NCBI GenBank assembly: GCA_045603805.1
Contig: JAZUMU010000009.1
Coordinates: 6,944 to 70,943, forward strand
Length of the DNA: 64,000 bases
From: Candidatus Nanosyncoccus sp.
GTDB lineage: Bacteria > Patescibacteriota > Saccharimonadia > Saccharimonadales > Saccharimonadaceae
Direction of reading: 5' to 3'
The notes beneath the pieces are model-generated. The model was not told the DNA's origin. It made no database searches and was given only the letters and a program-made list of their open reading frames with translations. Shown here piece by piece: positions 63,283-64,000 of the stretch; positions within the stretch are counted from its first letter, which is position 1; every line of letters begins with the position of its first letter. The position numbers and the translations under genes were made by a program.

Positions 63283-64000
63283 ATGGGACGAGAAGTTTTT
63301 TCAGTAGAATCTTATGCGACGGCGCGCCGAACATTTGGTGTAGACCATGATGAGGGAGTAACCAAGGCGGCGGAACGTCAAGCCCAGATTACTGGTAGGC
63401 TTAGCGAAATAGTGGATCCGGCGATAAGCCCGATTCGCAGATCGTTAATTCGACTGGATCCGCACCAGAAACAGTGGATAGCAACACTGGGATGCCCGAT
63501 GGACATCGAAGTGAGTTGCGATACTACTGGTTCTATGGGCGGCGAAGTTGATACAGAAATGGCGATTCTGCCAAAACTGTACGAGGCTGTGGCCAGTGTA
63601 TTACCTGGTTATGACCCGCAGCTTTGCTTGGGTATCTTTGGCGATGTTTGTGACGACTTCGTAATGTGTCGTCCGCAGTTTGAGATGGAGGCGCCCAAAA
63701 TTGTGAACTATCTCAAAGAAATGGCACCACAGCGCGGCGGCGGAGATACCCCTGAGGACCCGCAGTATGCGATGTTTGCAAGGGCATATCTTACTGATGC
63801 TTATACCAACCGTATCGGACTGAAAGGCTATCATTTCATCGTGACCGACGCAACCTGCCATTACCGTATTGAACGCGGTGATATCGCGCGTATTTTCGGC
63901 AAAGAAGTCTTTGACAATGAGCTGAAAAACATGACCATAATACCCACAATGGAGGAGATGGTCAAAGAGCTGAAGAAAAAGACTCATCAGTTTGTGCTGG
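63283..64000 (+). CDS. von Willebrand factor A (vWA)-like domain protein, 3'-partial
   Basis: AAAGGAGG SD, with the ATG 3 nt after the previous stop. The frame is open to the window end. MIDAS-like CDTTGSMGG. Missing from the ORF track because no stop is reached. Confidence 0.6.
   Translation, partial: MGREVFSVESYATARRTFGVDHDEGVTKAAERQAQITGRLSEIVDPAISPIRRSLIRLDPHQKQWIATLGCPMDIEVSCDTTGSMGGEVDTEMAILPKLYEAVASVLPGYDPQLCLGIFGDVCDDFVMCRPQFEMEAPKIVNYLKEMAPQRGGGDTPEDPQYAMFARAYLTDAYTNRIGLKGYHFIVTDATCHYRIERGDIARIFGKEVFDNELKNMTIIPTMEEMVKELKKKTHQFVL

Noticed and set aside
1-64000. Taxonomic assignment of the host to Saccharibacteria/CPR, and quantitative GC-skew boundaries for the islands.
   Set aside because: No rRNA gene is present in the window and I cannot run searches or compute composition precisely. 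These remain impressions in the summary and are not claimed as findings.

Overview
A 64-kb chromosomal segment from a moderately AT-rich bacterium. Gene content and style suggest a small genome, possibly Patescibacteria/Saccharibacteria-like, but I cannot establish that from sequence alone.

- **1-26.8 kb, housekeeping and envelope/carbohydrate genes:** nrdD-nrdG, gpsA, a UvrD-type helicase-nuclease, rpmG, tRNA-Trp, GH57 + GT4, GH97, CapA, a serine hydrolase, and a CAP-domain protein. Also a VTC/DUF4956/beta-helix cluster beside a two-component system, and a MacB-like ABC transporter.
- **26.9-28.3 kb, a two-gene islet that looks GC-richer:** a YdcK-like hexapeptide-repeat protein and a secreted protein, followed by a DUF308 membrane protein.
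- **29.4-52.8 kb, an integrated mobile element of about 23.3 kb at the 3' end of tRNA-Gln(CTG):**
  - The att sites can be reconstructed by eye and fit a large serine integrase.
  - It carries two tandem large serine recombinases and a small tyrosine recombinase.
  - It also encodes an FtsK/TraD-like translocase, a replication-relaxation protein, and an MT-A70 methyltransferase.
  - Cargo includes an amidoligase/GGCT module and a membrane-tethered sigma factor with a lipoprotein operon.
  - An AT-rich NB-ARC STAND NTPase module inside it is my best candidate for an undescribed defence system.
- **52.8-64 kb:** an acyltransferase-like gene and an alpha-glucan phosphorylase, then secE-nusG-rplK. 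That conserved cluster is interrupted by self-contained promoter + ORF + terminator cassettes flanked by direct repeats. The window ends in nucleosidase, unknown and vWA genes.

No CRISPR array or rRNA gene was seen. All GC statements are by eye. All family calls rest on motifs I could read in the translations, not on database searches.
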